In this document: positions 20,343-30,592 of the stretch, piece after piece
Position numbering within the stretch: the first letter of the stretch is position 1
How the letters are laid out: each line of letters opens with the position of its first letter
DNA from: a bacterium
GTDB lineage: Bacteria; Patescibacteriota; Saccharimonadia; Saccharimonadales; DATKHC01
Assembly: GCA_021781215.1 (NCBI GenBank)
Contig: JAJXXC010000010.1
Span: 1-50,313 of the forward strand
Length of the DNA stretch: 50,313 nt
Direction of reading: 5' to 3'
Made by a program: the position numbers and the translations under genes
The notes under the pieces: generated by a model
Database searches by the model: none
Told to the model about the DNA's origin: nothing
The model's input: the letters and a program-made list of their open reading frames with translations, nothing else

Positions 20343-20732
20343 TTAGCTTATAGGTGCGTGGTGAATCGTCGAGGTCCTATCGTCACCTATAATGGAATGA
20401 CGTAAATGTCGAGCTATATCAACTAACCAAACTACACCTAAAACTATTGCTAAACTATAGAACATTGTTCGGCTTCTGCTGAACAGTCCAATAATTGTTA
20501 TGGCCGTAGCAGCCACTCCTAGCATCATTTGACCGATATTTAATATGCTTAGATTCGTAAAGTCAAAATTGTTAAATGCGTATATTAATATACCGCCTAT
20601 TGCTAACACGAGTAAGGCGATTTTCCAGCTATTTATTATTGACCAACTATAGTTATAATATTTGGAATATACTATTGTTCCACCGCCAAAAACCAGTAGT
20701 GTGGTTACTATATCTCTCCATGAAAGTTTCAT
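20343..20732 (-). CDS. Four-TM membrane protein
   Basis: AAGGAGG RBS, hydrophobic segments, ATGA overlap with upstream ORF. Confidence 0.75.
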   Translation of the reverse strand: MKLSWRDIVTTLLVFGGGTIVYSKYYNYSWSIINSWKIALLVLAIGGILIYAFNNFDFTNLSILNIGQMMLGVAATAITIIGLFSRSRTMFYSLAIVLGVVWLVDIARHLRHSIIGDDRTSTIHHAPIS

Positions 20733-20923
20733 ATCGCTCCTCCTTTAGATTTATTATTTGTAGCTACTTTTGCGATTTTGATTTTATTATTCAGTTGCGC
20801 CCATCTTCTGGCCCTCAATGCCATAGATTTACTTTTCCAATCCAGGCTTAGCTGGCTAAACCAATCTAGAGGCTCTGTTGCTAGATTATTTCGAGCTTCA
20901 ACGTCGTCATTTAGCTGTCGCAT
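20729..20923 (-). CDS. Small hypothetical protein (64 aa)
   Basis: AGGAGG RBS before ATG at 20923; translationally coupled to the next gene. Confidence 0.6.
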   Translation of the reverse strand: MRQLNDDVEARNNLATEPLDWFSQLSLDWKSKSMALRARRWAQLNNKIKIAKVATNNKSKGGAI

Positions 20924-21018
20924 GCTACCTCCTATCACTATTATTTTTAATTCCACTCTTCCCCCATAAGCATTCCTCCGTTCCATTAGAAATTATCTAT
21001 TTTAGCAATAGATATTTC

Positions 21019-21056
21019 TATGAGTTGTGCCACAGAGTTAGGTGCATATGTTCACT
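21019..21056. promoter_or_regulatory. Two putative CRP-type sites in the divergent intergenic region
   Basis: TATGA-N6-CCACA (21019-21034) and GGTGC-N6-TCACT (21041-21056); adjacent regulator has the RExxxR recognition helix. Confidence 0.5.
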
Positions 21057-21082
21057 GGTTGTATAATCAGCCCTGAAGGACA

Positions 21083-21736
21083 GTGAGGGATAGTCAGATA
21101 GCCAAAAAGACGGATAATTTTTTTGCAAGGTATCCTCTGCAGGAATTTGATAAGGGTCAGATTTTCATATATGCCGGCGACAGTCTGGCCAACGTGTATC
21201 AAATAGTCAGCGGTCGAGCCAGAAAATATGATATTACGGCACAGGGCGAAGAAGTAACGATAAATATATTTCAACCTCCTATATATTTCCCGATGGTTTG
21301 GGCTGTGACAAAAACCCCTAATAGATACTTCTATGAAGCCATAACCCCAATTAGTGTTAGGGTTGCCCCGGTCAATGATGTGGTGCAATTTTTAAAGAGT
21401 AATGCTGATATAACATATGATTTGTTAGGACAGATGTATTTACATTATGACGAGCTACAGCTACGTCTAGCTCATATTCTGGGCGGAGATAGTTATAGTC
21501 GTGTTTCGTTCGAACTAATTATTGCTTGTAAAAAATTTGGTGAACTACAAAAAGATGGATCGTATATTGTCGATATGCATGAAAATGATTTAGCTCGTCA
21601 AGCCGGTTTGTCTCGCGAGACGGTTAATCGTGAATTGGTAAAATTAAAAAAGGCTAATTTAATAAAAATAAATCACCGTCATTTAGTAGTTACTAAGTTA
21701 CTTCGTCTCGAAGCAAAACTTGGTGATGATTTATAA
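21083..21736 (+). CDS. Crp/Fnr family transcriptional regulator
   Basis: cNMP-binding-like N-domain (KGQIFIYAGD...IVSGRA), HTH LARQAGLSRETVNREL; GTG start uncertain. Confidence 0.9.
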   Translation: MRDSQIAKKTDNFFARYPLQEFDKGQIFIYAGDSLANVYQIVSGRARKYDITAQGEEVTINIFQPPIYFPMVWAVTKTPNRYFYEAITPISVRVAPVNDVVQFLKSNADITYDLLGQMYLHYDELQLRLAHILGGDSYSRVSFELIIACKKFGELQKDGSYIVDMHENDLARQAGLSRETVNRELVKLKKANLIKINHRHLVVTKLLRLEAKLGDDL

Positions 21737-21810
21737 AACTGGATAATCATTTACTTTTTAAATCATGGGTACGATTAATTAGCAACAAAATAAAAAATTG
21801 TTAACTTGTT

Positions 21811-22230
21811 TTAACTTTTTTGACAATCTGAACAATAGCCCTGAATCTCAATCTGATGGTTTTTAGTTTCAAAGTTATTCTCATTAGCTATCTTGTTTAA
21901 ATATGATTCTAGGCCTTGGTTGTGTATGGCTATGGTTTTGTTACAAGCCAGGCAAATTAAGTGGTGGTGATGATCTTGAAAGGTATCGCTAAGTTCGATC
22001 TTGTATTTCCACCCTAAGCTAACTTTTTGCGCGATACCTACACTTATAAAGGTCTCTATGATCCTATAGACGCTAACCCTATCAATCTCGCTGTTAGTTT
22101 TTTTAATTAATTCGTTCATTGATAGCGGTTGATTTTGACTAAGTATATTGAATATTAATAATCTTTGGTTCGTGACACTGAGCCGATTGCTTTTTAATAT
22201 ATCCTTAAGGATTTGATTTGATCTATTCAT
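21811..22230 (-). CDS. zur: Fur family regulator, probably Zur
   Basis: VTNQRLLI, VSVYR, HHHHLICLAC, HQIEIQGYCSDC; divergent from a metal ABC transporter. Start moved to 22230. Confidence 0.8.
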   Translation of the reverse strand: MNRSNQILKDILKSNRLSVTNQRLLIFNILSQNQPLSMNELIKKTNSEIDRVSVYRIIETFISVGIAQKVSLGWKYKIELSDTFQDHHHHLICLACNKTIAIHNQGLESYLNKIANENNFETKNHQIEIQGYCSDCQKS

Positions 22231-22246
22231 GTTGCAAATACTACTA

Positions 22247-22269
22247 TAATTGCAACTGATTTGCAATTA
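22247..22269. promoter_or_regulatory. Fur/Zur operator palindrome
   Basis: Perfect 9-5-9 inverted repeat TAATTGCAA-CTGAT-TTGCAATTA overlapping the -35 (TTGCAA) of the transporter promoter. Confidence 0.8.
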
Positions 22270-22296
22270 ATTATAACCCTAATGTATTATCTGAAA

Positions 22297-23235
22297 ATGA
22301 ACATTCGTCAGATACTAAAGTATCTATTAATAATTTTTGTTATTTCACTAACTGCCCTAGCCTTCTATGGCTTAGCAAAAACTGGTAATTATAAATCGTT
22401 TAATACCAGCGGTAAAATTCAAATTGTAGCCGGAGAAAATTTTTGGGGTAGTTTAGTATCACAGATTGGTGGTAATAAGGTTAATGTAACCAGTGTAGTC
22501 TCAGATCCAAACGCTGATCCTCATGAGTATGAAACCAATAGCATCGACGCCAGAGCTTTTGCCAATGCCGATTATGTTATTTTAAACGGGGCTGGTTATG
22601 ACAGCTGGGGTAATAGACTACTTTCCGGAACCCCAAATAACAGTCGCAGGGTCTTAATTGTTTCTAGTTTACTTAACAAAAAAAATGGTGATAATCCACA
22701 TTTTTGGTATAACCCAACCTATGTTAATCAGGTAGTCTCTAAAATGGAAACTGATCTGATTGCCTTACGTCCCTCGGACAAGAGTTATTTTCAGAATCAA
22801 TATAAACAGCTACAAATTTCACTAAGAACTTATCAAAATCAAATAGCTTACATTAAGCAACATTTCTCTGGAGTTAAAGTAGCCACTACTGAAGATATTT
22901 TCAATTATTTAGCTAATGCTAGTGACTTAAACTTAGTCTCACCATCAGCTTTTACTCAAGCTGTGGCTGAGGGCAATGACCCACCGACTAGTAGTGTTGT
23001 TCAATTTCGAGAACAGCTTATGAGTGGTCAAGTCAAGCTTCTAGTATATAACCAACAAACCGTGACTCCGTTGACCGATAGCATCAAGCAACTTGCTGCC
23101 CAACAACAGATACCAATCGTTGGGATAACTGAGATAATACAACCGACTGGAACCAGGTTTCAAGATTGGATGAATAAAGAAGTAACAGCCATAAGAAACG
23201 CTTTAGCAGCAAAGGGCTCACTAAATGCCAATTAA
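22297..23235 (+). CDS. znuA: Zn/Mn ABC transporter substrate-binding protein
   Basis: DPHEYE, NGAGYD, NPHFW; N-terminal anchor. Start moved to 22297. Metal specificity inferred. Confidence 0.82.
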   Translation: MNIRQILKYLLIIFVISLTALAFYGLAKTGNYKSFNTSGKIQIVAGENFWGSLVSQIGGNKVNVTSVVSDPNADPHEYETNSIDARAFANADYVILNGAGYDSWGNRLLSGTPNNSRRVLIVSSLLNKKNGDNPHFWYNPTYVNQVVSKMETDLIALRPSDKSYFQNQYKQLQISLRTYQNQIAYIKQHFSGVKVATTEDIFNYLANASDLNLVSPSAFTQAVAEGNDPPTSSVVQFREQLMSGQVKLLVYNQQTVTPLTDSIKQLAAQQQIPIVGITEIIQPTGTRFQDWMNKEVTAIRNALAAKGSLNAN

Positions 23236-24025
23236 TCCGTCAATAATTAGGGCAGATAATTTATCGCTTAGCTATTCAAGCAAAGTTATTTGGAAAGATG
23301 CTAATTTTGAAGTCAAGAGCGGTGAGTTTATAGGCCTACTCGGACCAAATGGTGCTGGTAAAAGTAGCCTATTTAACCTAATTCTTGGCCTATCAAAGCC
23401 TAGCACTGGTGAATTAGAGGTATTTAGTAACCAACCTAAACGTGGCGATTCTAGGATAGGCTATGTGCCCCAAAGACGGACAATTGATGACGATTCACGG
23501 ATTGAAGCATTGGAATATGTTCGCTTAGGCATTTCAGGAACTAAGTTAGGTTTTAGTTTATTTAAACGAGCAAAGCATGAAAGACGAATGGCTTATCAAG
23601 CATTAATTGATGTTGATGCTCAAAACTTGGCTCATCGGGCATTGAGTGAACTTTCCGGCGGAGAACTACAGCGTATTTTTCTAGCTCAAGCATTAGTTAG
23701 CAAGCCAAATCTACTACTTCTAGATGAACCGTTAGCTAACTTAGATATGCGACGTGAAATGCAGTTAATTCAGCTGGTTGGCAACATCGTCCGTAAACAA
23801 AATATCGCCACAATATTAATTGCTCACGATATCAATCCATTGCTACCCGTAGTCGATAAAATTATCTACATCGTTAATGGAAAAATAGCTATGGGTAAGC
23901 CAGTAGATATCATAACTAGCAAAAAATTATCCGAAATGTATAAAGCTCCGATCGAGGTGATTAGAGGTTCGAGAGGCCAGCTAGCGGTATTAGGAGTTGA
24001 GGAGGCTATGCACCATGAATCTTAG
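23225..24025 (+). CDS. znuC: Zn/Mn ABC transporter ATP-binding protein
   Basis: GPNGAGKS, IGYVPQ, LSGGELQR, LLDEP, AHD. Confidence 0.85.
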   Translation: MPINPSIIRADNLSLSYSSKVIWKDANFEVKSGEFIGLLGPNGAGKSSLFNLILGLSKPSTGELEVFSNQPKRGDSRIGYVPQRRTIDDDSRIEALEYVRLGISGTKLGFSLFKRAKHERRMAYQALIDVDAQNLAHRALSELSGGELQRIFLAQALVSKPNLLLLDEPLANLDMRREMQLIQLVGNIVRKQNIATILIAHDINPLLPVVDKIIYIVNGKIAMGKPVDIITSKKLSEMYKAPIEVIRGSRGQLAVLGVEEAMHHES

Positions 24026-24869
24026 TATATTTGCAACATCATTTAGCTTAAACCTATGGACAGATTTTCAGAATATGTGGCAATACGCTTTTATGAGGAA
24101 TGCATTTGAGGCTGGTACGATCGTAGCAGTAGTGGCCGGAATTGTCGGCTATTTTGTTGTATTAAGACGTTTATCTTTTGCCGCCCACGCATTGTCACAT
24201 GTTGGATTCGCCGGGGCTGCCGGAGCCGTTTTAATTGGTATTAACCCATTAATTGGTTTGTTATTGTTTACTTCAGGTGGTGGCTTAACCATGGCTTCTC
24301 TTGGTAAGAAAGCCGCTAGTCGTGATGTTCAGATCGGTACCGTACTTGCATTTATGCTTGGTCTTGGAGTCTTGTTTATAAATTTATACAAGGGTTATGC
24401 TACGGAAGCCTATTCACTATTATTCGGAGAAATATTAGGAATTAGCGCCAGTAATGTATTGATTACTTTAATTGCCGGCATCTTAATAGCTGTTGCTATT
24501 GCCATTATGTATCGCAAACTACTCTTTACTTCAATTGACGAGGAGGTAGCTGAAGCTAAGGGAATTTCAATGCTAGGTTTGAATATTTTCTTTTTATTAG
24601 TTGTGGCTGTGGCTACATCGATTGCCGTTCAAATTGTCGGAGTATTATTAATATTTGCCTTGTTAGTGACCCCCGCAGCAATAGCTCAAAGGCTAACCCG
24701 TAGACCATCACAGGGCATGCTTTTATCGGTTATAGTTGCCCTGATAGCTACCTGGTTTGGACTATTTATTTCGTATTATTTGCCATATCCGGTTAGTTTT
24801 TTCATCGCTACCCTAGTCTTTATGGTTTATTTGATAGTTAGAATAGCTCAAGCTAGAATATTTATTTAG
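24015..24869 (+). CDS. znuB: Zn/Mn ABC transporter permease
   Basis: FMRNAF, AHALSH, LLFGEI, DEEVA, VGVLL, TPAA; GGAGG RBS before ATG 24015. Confidence 0.85.
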   Translation: MNLSIFATSFSLNLWTDFQNMWQYAFMRNAFEAGTIVAVVAGIVGYFVVLRRLSFAAHALSHVGFAGAAGAVLIGINPLIGLLLFTSGGGLTMASLGKKAASRDVQIGTVLAFMLGLGVLFINLYKGYATEAYSLLFGEILGISASNVLITLIAGILIAVAIAIMYRKLLFTSIDEEVAEAKGISMLGLNIFFLLVVAVATSIAVQIVGVLLIFALLVTPAAIAQRLTRRPSQGMLLSVIVALIATWFGLFISYYLPYPVSFFIATLVFMVYLIVRIAQARIFI

Positions 24870-24927
24870 ACAATAGTTTATTGATAAACAATTCAAAATA
24901 GTTGCCAAAACTGTTAAACTTATATAG

Positions 24928-25500
24928 ATGACAAACCTAACAATTGATCATAAAAAAACTGCACTAGTAGTTATAGACTTGCAAAAAGGTATAGTTGCTA
25001 ATAACACTGCGCCATATACTTCTAGCAAAGTTATTGCCAACGCAGCCGCCATTGCCAATAAATTTAGAGAGAACAAAATGCAGGTCTTCCTAGTAAGAGT
25101 TAGCACAGCAAAAGATGATAAAGACAAGCTAATTCCATTGACTGACAGGAAACCATTTAGCAGCCCACAACAACCAGACTGGTCGGAAATAGTTCCAGAA
25201 ATGGGCCAATCAACAGACGATATAGTAATTACCAAACATCAATGGGGTGCTTTTTATGGTACCGAATTAGATCTCCAGCTTAGACGCCGTGGAATTGACA
25301 CCATCGTTTTATGTGGTATTTCAACTAATATAGGTGTTGAAAGCACTGCTAGATTTGCCTATGAGTATGGCTATAATCAGATTTTCGTTGAAGACGCGAT
25401 GTCAGCCATGTCGGCAGATGAACACCATGCAACGGTATCGGCAATATTCCCCAGAATTGGTTTAGTTAGATCGGCTCAAGACGTATTAGCTAGCCTTTAA
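24928..25500 (+). CDS. Isochorismatase/cysteine hydrolase family protein (YecD-like)
   Basis: ALVVIDLQKG, ITKHQWGAF, CGISTNIGVESTAR. Confidence 0.9.
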   Translation: MTNLTIDHKKTALVVIDLQKGIVANNTAPYTSSKVIANAAAIANKFRENKMQVFLVRVSTAKDDKDKLIPLTDRKPFSSPQQPDWSEIVPEMGQSTDDIVITKHQWGAFYGTELDLQLRRRGIDTIVLCGISTNIGVESTARFAYEYGYNQIFVEDAMSAMSADEHHATVSAIFPRIGLVRSAQDVLASL

Positions 25501-25514
25501 TCGTTTGTTTTAAG

Positions 25515-26345
25515 TTAATTTTTATCGTAGTTGATAGCTATTAAAGATGTGCCAGATATTGTTAATACAACACCGATACTCATAAGTAGCCATAAACTGT
25601 TTTTAGGATGATCACCCAAAAAAGTTAAACCTATAAAAATTGGAAACAGAGTTTCGCATACTATCATAATTGCATTGACTACTGATGCGCTTGCTCTTTG
25701 TAGGGCAATAGTAAAAAATAATATACCGACTATGCCATAACCAATGATAGACCAAGAAAGTGGGTTTAATAATAGATGAATATATGGTCGAGACAAAAAC
25801 TCAGCCCTGGCCGCAATTGATACGCCGCCAAATCCCAAGCCACCAATTGCTGCTAAGATATAAGTTGAGTATTTTTTTTGGTTCTTAGTATAGAATGAAC
25901 CTATCGCTAGTAATACTAACGGAATTAGGCTAATAAACCACTTTAGATTAATACTTATTGTTTGAGATCTTTCTGGAGACGAAACCAAGGCCAGCATTAT
26001 TAGACCGATTAAAATTATTCCAATTGATAACAAGAATCTAATATTAGGTTTGCGCTTAAATAGATAGCTTTCGACAGCTACCGTAACGATAATACTACAG
26101 GCAATAATTGGCTGGACTAAGAATAGCGGCAATCGGTGAACAGCAATTAGGGTTAATATCCAGGCAGAAAGGTCCAATACAATACCAATTAAATATGGGA
26201 TGTTGTTTCTTAGTTTCCATAACAACATAGGGTGTAATGAAACCGCGGTTTTTTGTTGATCAGCACCAACCTTCTCTAAAATTACTGCAATACCGTTAAA
26301 AACAGCCACACCTATTGCTGCCAATATAGCCAAAGATTGTATCAT
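25515..26345 (-). CDS. DMT-superfamily-like multi-pass membrane protein
   Basis: About nine hydrophobic segments; LPLFLVQP, ALQR motifs. Confidence 0.7.
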   Translation of the reverse strand: MIQSLAILAAIGVAVFNGIAVILEKVGADQQKTAVSLHPMLLWKLRNNIPYLIGIVLDLSAWILTLIAVHRLPLFLVQPIIACSIIVTVAVESYLFKRKPNIRFLLSIGIILIGLIMLALVSSPERSQTISINLKWFISLIPLVLLAIGSFYTKNQKKYSTYILAAIGGLGFGGVSIAARAEFLSRPYIHLLLNPLSWSIIGYGIVGILFFTIALQRASASVVNAIMIVCETLFPIFIGLTFLGDHPKNSLWLLMSIGVVLTISGTSLIAINYDKN

Positions 26346-26439
26346 AAGACCTACTTTAGCATGATATTCTAATGGCGCTATATCTATTTATAAGATATTT
26401 TAACCGCCATAGAACAAGTCTATATTAACTGGTTTTAAA

Positions 26440-27006
26440 TTAACTCTCTCGAGCTGTCTTTAGTTTTTTAGCCCAAGTAGATAATTCAACCAACATAGTG
26501 TTAGCAGATTCTGACTCTTGCTCAGTAAACTTATATTTTCCATTTTCATCAAGATTAAAATAATAGTTTGGGAATAATACTTGATCACGAAGATCAAACA
26601 TACGTAATTCTCCAGCTATTCCTCTTAGATGCTCAACAGCGCGTGCTCCACCGGCAACTGAACCGTAGCTCACAAATGAAACCGGCTTATAGTTCCACTC
26701 TACGTTTAAGTAGCTAATAGCATTAGCTAAAACTGGTGAATAGCTATGATTATATTCGGGAGTAACGAAAATAAATCCATCAGCTTCGGCAATCATCTTT
26801 GCCCATTTCTTGGTATGATCATGCTGATAATTACCCATCATTGCTGGTTGCGGTTCATTGTAAAAAGGTAGATTTAATTCTTGAAGGTCTATTAATTCAA
26901 CTTCAATATCTTGATGCTTTTTTGCAATATCAGTAATCCAAGTTGCTGGTTGAATATTAAATCTTCCCGGTCTGACTGATCCGGCTATAACTTTAATTTT
27001 TATCAT
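26440..27006 (-). CDS. NADPH-dependent FMN reductase
   Basis: GSVRPGR, ADGFIFVTPEYNHS, EWNYKP, SYG...GGARAVEHLR. Confidence 0.93.
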   Translation of the reverse strand: MIKIKVIAGSVRPGRFNIQPATWITDIAKKHQDIEVELIDLQELNLPFYNEPQPAMMGNYQHDHTKKWAKMIAEADGFIFVTPEYNHSYSPVLANAISYLNVEWNYKPVSFVSYGSVAGGARAVEHLRGIAGELRMFDLRDQVLFPNYYFNLDENGKYKFTEQESESANTMLVELSTWAKKLKTARES

Positions 27007-27187
27007 TGTAACTCCTATTTAATTTATCTTGCTTCTAATACTATACATTATATAGTATAGACTAATCAAGTTTAAAAAAAGCTATGAATTATATATTTAT
27101 ATTTACCATTACATAGGTTGGTTTAACTTGTATTAATACCTATTATTTTAGATAATAATTATAAACAATTTGAGACGGGGGTAGTTT

Positions 27188-29833
27188 ATGGCTAAAACTA
27201 AACGTGTCTGGCTTTTCCGCGAAGGCAATGCAACCATGCGTGATCAGTTAGGTGGTAAGGGCGCTAACTTGGCCGAGATGACCAATATTGGCTTACCAGT
27301 ACCCCCGGGCTTAATCATTACTACCGATACTTGTAATCAATATATTAATTTAGGTGAGAAGATTCCCAATGGATTAATGGAAGAGGTAAAAATCGCCTTG
27401 TCTGATGTTGAGTTAGCAATTGGTAAGAAACTTGGAGATCCGTCCAATCCCCTGCTAGTTTCCGTAAGATCAGGGGCTAAATTTTCAATGCCTGGGATGA
27501 TGGATACGATTTTAAATCTGGGCTTAAATGATGAAATTACTGATGCGCTAGTTAAAATCACCAAAAACCCACGTTTTGTATATGATTCATACCGACGTTT
27601 TTTGATGATGTTTTCTGACGTAGCCTTGTCGACTCCAAGTAATAAGCTTTCTAAGCACCATTTCGAAGAACTGTTTAATAACCTAAAAAATGAATTGGGA
27701 GTTAAAGATGATCTAGAAGTTGATATTGATAACCTTAAAGAATTAATCAACCGCTACAAGGCCCATATTTTAAAGGAGACCGGTAAGGCATTCCCTCAGG
27801 ATGTTTATGAGCAACTTAAACTATCAATCGAGGCAGTATTTAAGTCATGGAATAATGAACGAGCTAAAGTATACCGTAAACGTGAAAAGATATCAGATAG
27901 TTTGGGCACGGCAGTAAGTATCCAGTCCATGGTTTTTGGCAATATGGGCAAGGATTCTGGAACCGGCGTAGCTTTTACTAGAAATCCAGCAACCGGAGAT
28001 AACAAAGTATTTGGTGAGTATTTAATGAACGCTCAAGGTGAGGACGTCGTTGCTGGAGTTAGAACACCAGTTCCAATATCAAAACTGGCTAGCAAAATCC
28101 CAGTTATCTATCAAGAATTTCAAAATATATGCAAAAAGCTCGAAACTCATTATAAAGATATGCAAGACATTGAGTTTACCATAGAGCATGGCAAACTCTA
28201 TATCTTACAGTGTCGCAACGGTAAACGTAGCGGAATCGCAGCAGTAAAGATTGCCGTTGATATGGTACATGAAAAACTTATAGATAAAACAGTAGCTCTA
28301 ATGAGAATAGATCCCGAACAATTAAATCAATGTCTGCATCCGATAATTGCACAAAGTAATAACTACACTGTGATTGCCACTGGCCTCCCTGCTGGTCCCG
28401 GTGCGGCAACTGGCTTAGCGGTTTTTGATGCTAATCGGGCAGCAAGACTGGGTAAGGGCGGCAAGGGTCAAAGAGTAATACTAATAAGAGCTGATACTAG
28501 TCCGGATGATCTCAAAGGTATGCTGGCATCTGAAGGTGTGCTGACTGAACGTGGTGGTATGACATCGCATGCTGCTCTAGTTGCTCGTGGCTTTGGTATT
28601 CCAACGATTGCGGGCTGCTCATCAATTAAAGTAGATATCGATAAACGTCAATTAACAATCAATAACATAACTATAAAAGAAGGTGATCCTATTTCTTTGA
28701 ACGGTTCGACCGGAGAAGTGATAGATGGTACCGTTGAAGTAGTAGACCCAGCGTTAACTAGTGAATTCACAGAATTGATGAATTGGGCTGATGCAGCACG
28801 TAAATTAGGCGTAAGAGCTAATGCAGATACTCCAGAAGACGTTTCATTGGCTATTAAATTTGGGGCGGAAGGTATAGGCCTTTGCCGTACCGAACATATG
28901 TTTTTTGCTAGTGACAGGCGCCCAATTGTTCAAGACATGATTTTAGCTAATACTGATGTACAGCGTAAGATTGAGCTAGACAAGCTATTAGTATTCCAAA
29001 GGAAAGATTTTAAGGACATTTTTATGACACTTAACGGTCGACCGGCCACGATTCGTTTAATTGACCCGCCCCTACATGAGTTTTTGCCTAATTTAGAAGT
29101 GCTGATAGAAGAAGTCGCTACAATTAAAGCCAAAGGTAATCACGACAAACAAAAGGAAGACTTATTGAATAAAGTTAGATCAATCCATGAGGTAAATCCG
29201 ATGATGGGTTTACGTGGCTGCCGTTTATCTATAGTATTTCCTGAAATTGTTGAAATGCAGACTAGAGCAATTTTCGAAGGAGCAATTGAAGCTATGAAAT
29301 CTGGAACTAAAGTTCGACCTGAGATTATGATTCCACTCGTAGGTGACGTTAATGAACTAAAGTGGGTAAGAATAAAATTAGAAAAAATCGCAAAACAAGT
29401 AATAGAATCATCCAGCTACAGCATTCCCTATGCATTTGGAACGATGATAGAAGTACCTCGTGCTGCACTAACAGCTAAAGCAATTGCTGAACATGCTGAT
29501 TTTTTTTCATTCGGAACTAACGATCTGACTCAGATGACTTTTGGTTTTTCGCGAGATGATTCAGATAGATTCTTTAAAACTTACTTAGATAAGAAAATTT
29601 TAGATGAAGACCCTTTTGAGACCATTGATCAGCTGGGTGTTGGTCAATTAATGAAGCTAGCTGTAGAGAACGGTCGTTCAGTCAATTCAAAATTGAAATT
29701 AGGTATATGTGGCGAGCACGGAGGTGAACCAAAGTCTATTACTTTTTGTCATAATATTGGCTTAGATTATGTTAGTTGTAGCCCCTATCGAGTGCCAATA
29801 GCTCGTCTAGCTGCTGCTCAAGCTAATCTTTAG
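27188..29833 (+). CDS. ppdK: Pyruvate, phosphate dikinase
   Basis: LGGKGANLAEM, VSVRSGA, SMPGMMDT, GGMTSHAA (phospho-His), GLCRTEHMF, SFGTNDLTQ, GICGEHGG. Confidence 0.97.
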   Translation: MAKTKRVWLFREGNATMRDQLGGKGANLAEMTNIGLPVPPGLIITTDTCNQYINLGEKIPNGLMEEVKIALSDVELAIGKKLGDPSNPLLVSVRSGAKFSMPGMMDTILNLGLNDEITDALVKITKNPRFVYDSYRRFLMMFSDVALSTPSNKLSKHHFEELFNNLKNELGVKDDLEVDIDNLKELINRYKAHILKETGKAFPQDVYEQLKLSIEAVFKSWNNERAKVYRKREKISDSLGTAVSIQSMVFGNMGKDSGTGVAFTRNPATGDNKVFGEYLMNAQGEDVVAGVRTPVPISKLASKIPVIYQEFQNICKKLETHYKDMQDIEFTIEHGKLYILQCRNGKRSGIAAVKIAVDMVHEKLIDKTVALMRIDPEQLNQCLHPIIAQSNNYTVIATGLPAGPGAATGLAVFDANRAARLGKGGKGQRVILIRADTSPDDLKGMLASEGVLTERGGMTSHAALVARGFGIPTIAGCSSIKVDIDKRQLTINNITIKEGDPISLNGSTGEVIDGTVEVVDPALTSEFTELMNWADAARKLGVRANADTPEDVSLAIKFGAEGIGLCRTEHMFFASDRRPIVQDMILANTDVQRKIELDKLLVFQRKDFKDIFMTLNGRPATIRLIDPPLHEFLPNLEVLIEEVATIKAKGNHDKQKEDLLNKVRSIHEVNPMMGLRGCRLSIVFPEIVEMQTRAIFEGAIEAMKSGTKVRPEIMIPLVGDVNELKWVRIKLEKIAKQVIESSSYSIPYAFGTMIEVPRAALTAKAIAEHADFFSFGTNDLTQMTFGFSRDDSDRFFKTYLDKKILDEDPFETIDQLGVGQLMKLAVENGRSVNSKLKLGICGEHGGEPKSITFCHNIGLDYVSCSPYRVPIARLAAAQANL

Positions 29834-30441
29834 GATAATTGTGCCGGCGTATTTGTATGCTCGATACGAATTTCAACACCACGATGGTTATTAGCTAATA
29901 TTGATTTGTCCATGATGTCAAAGCCAACAACTGTCGGTTTTGGTCCAGCAGATAATGGATATAGTTGTTGCCAATTGTTAGAGATTCCATAAGCTGCGCT
30001 TATACCCCTAACGACTAAATTGGCCTCATCAAAATAGACTATGCTTTCAACTACACCAGTTCTTTTACCTCCATCTGTAAATAAAAATCCAATAGCTTCA
30101 TTTTTGTTCTTAATACCAGCATAGTTTTTAATAGCGTTATTTAGTGTTGGTGAATAAACCACTGCTAAATCTTCTCCATTCTGGCTATTTGCTTGATTTG
30201 AAGATAATATTGCGATTTCGAGGTTTTTACCCCTGACTGGATGGACGATTTTAACTTTGTTTAGCTTTTCTCCTATAACTAATCCCCTTACTGAGCCCAT
30301 TCTATCAGCAGTATTTGTAGCTACTAATGTCGACTTATTACTAGCCTCAACGGACGTAGATAGTCCGAATATACTTATTGACCCAAGAGACAACACTGCT
30401 CCACTAGCAATAATTTTTTTAGATCTCTCAAAATGCATCAA
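29830..30441 (-). CDS. Hypothetical secreted protein
   Basis: Signal-peptide-like N-terminus (VEA|S); unopposed ORF. Confidence 0.65.
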   Translation of the reverse strand: MMHFERSKKIIASGAVLSLGSISIFGLSTSVEASNKSTLVATNTADRMGSVRGLVIGEKLNKVKIVHPVRGKNLEIAILSSNQANSQNGEDLAVVYSPTLNNAIKNYAGIKNKNEAIGFLFTDGGKRTGVVESIVYFDEANLVVRGISAAYGISNNWQQLYPLSAGPKPTVVGFDIMDKSILANNHRGVEIRIEHTNTPAQLS

Positions 30442-30592
30442 ATCATTTTACAGTCGTCATCTATTTTAGTCAATATTCTATAGAGTTGTTGTTATATTTT
30501 ATTTCTTATCTTTATATTTATAACTACCCAATATATTGCTCATGCCCTGCAACTCAGAGTCTATGTATAACGGAATAACAAGCCGTGATTTA

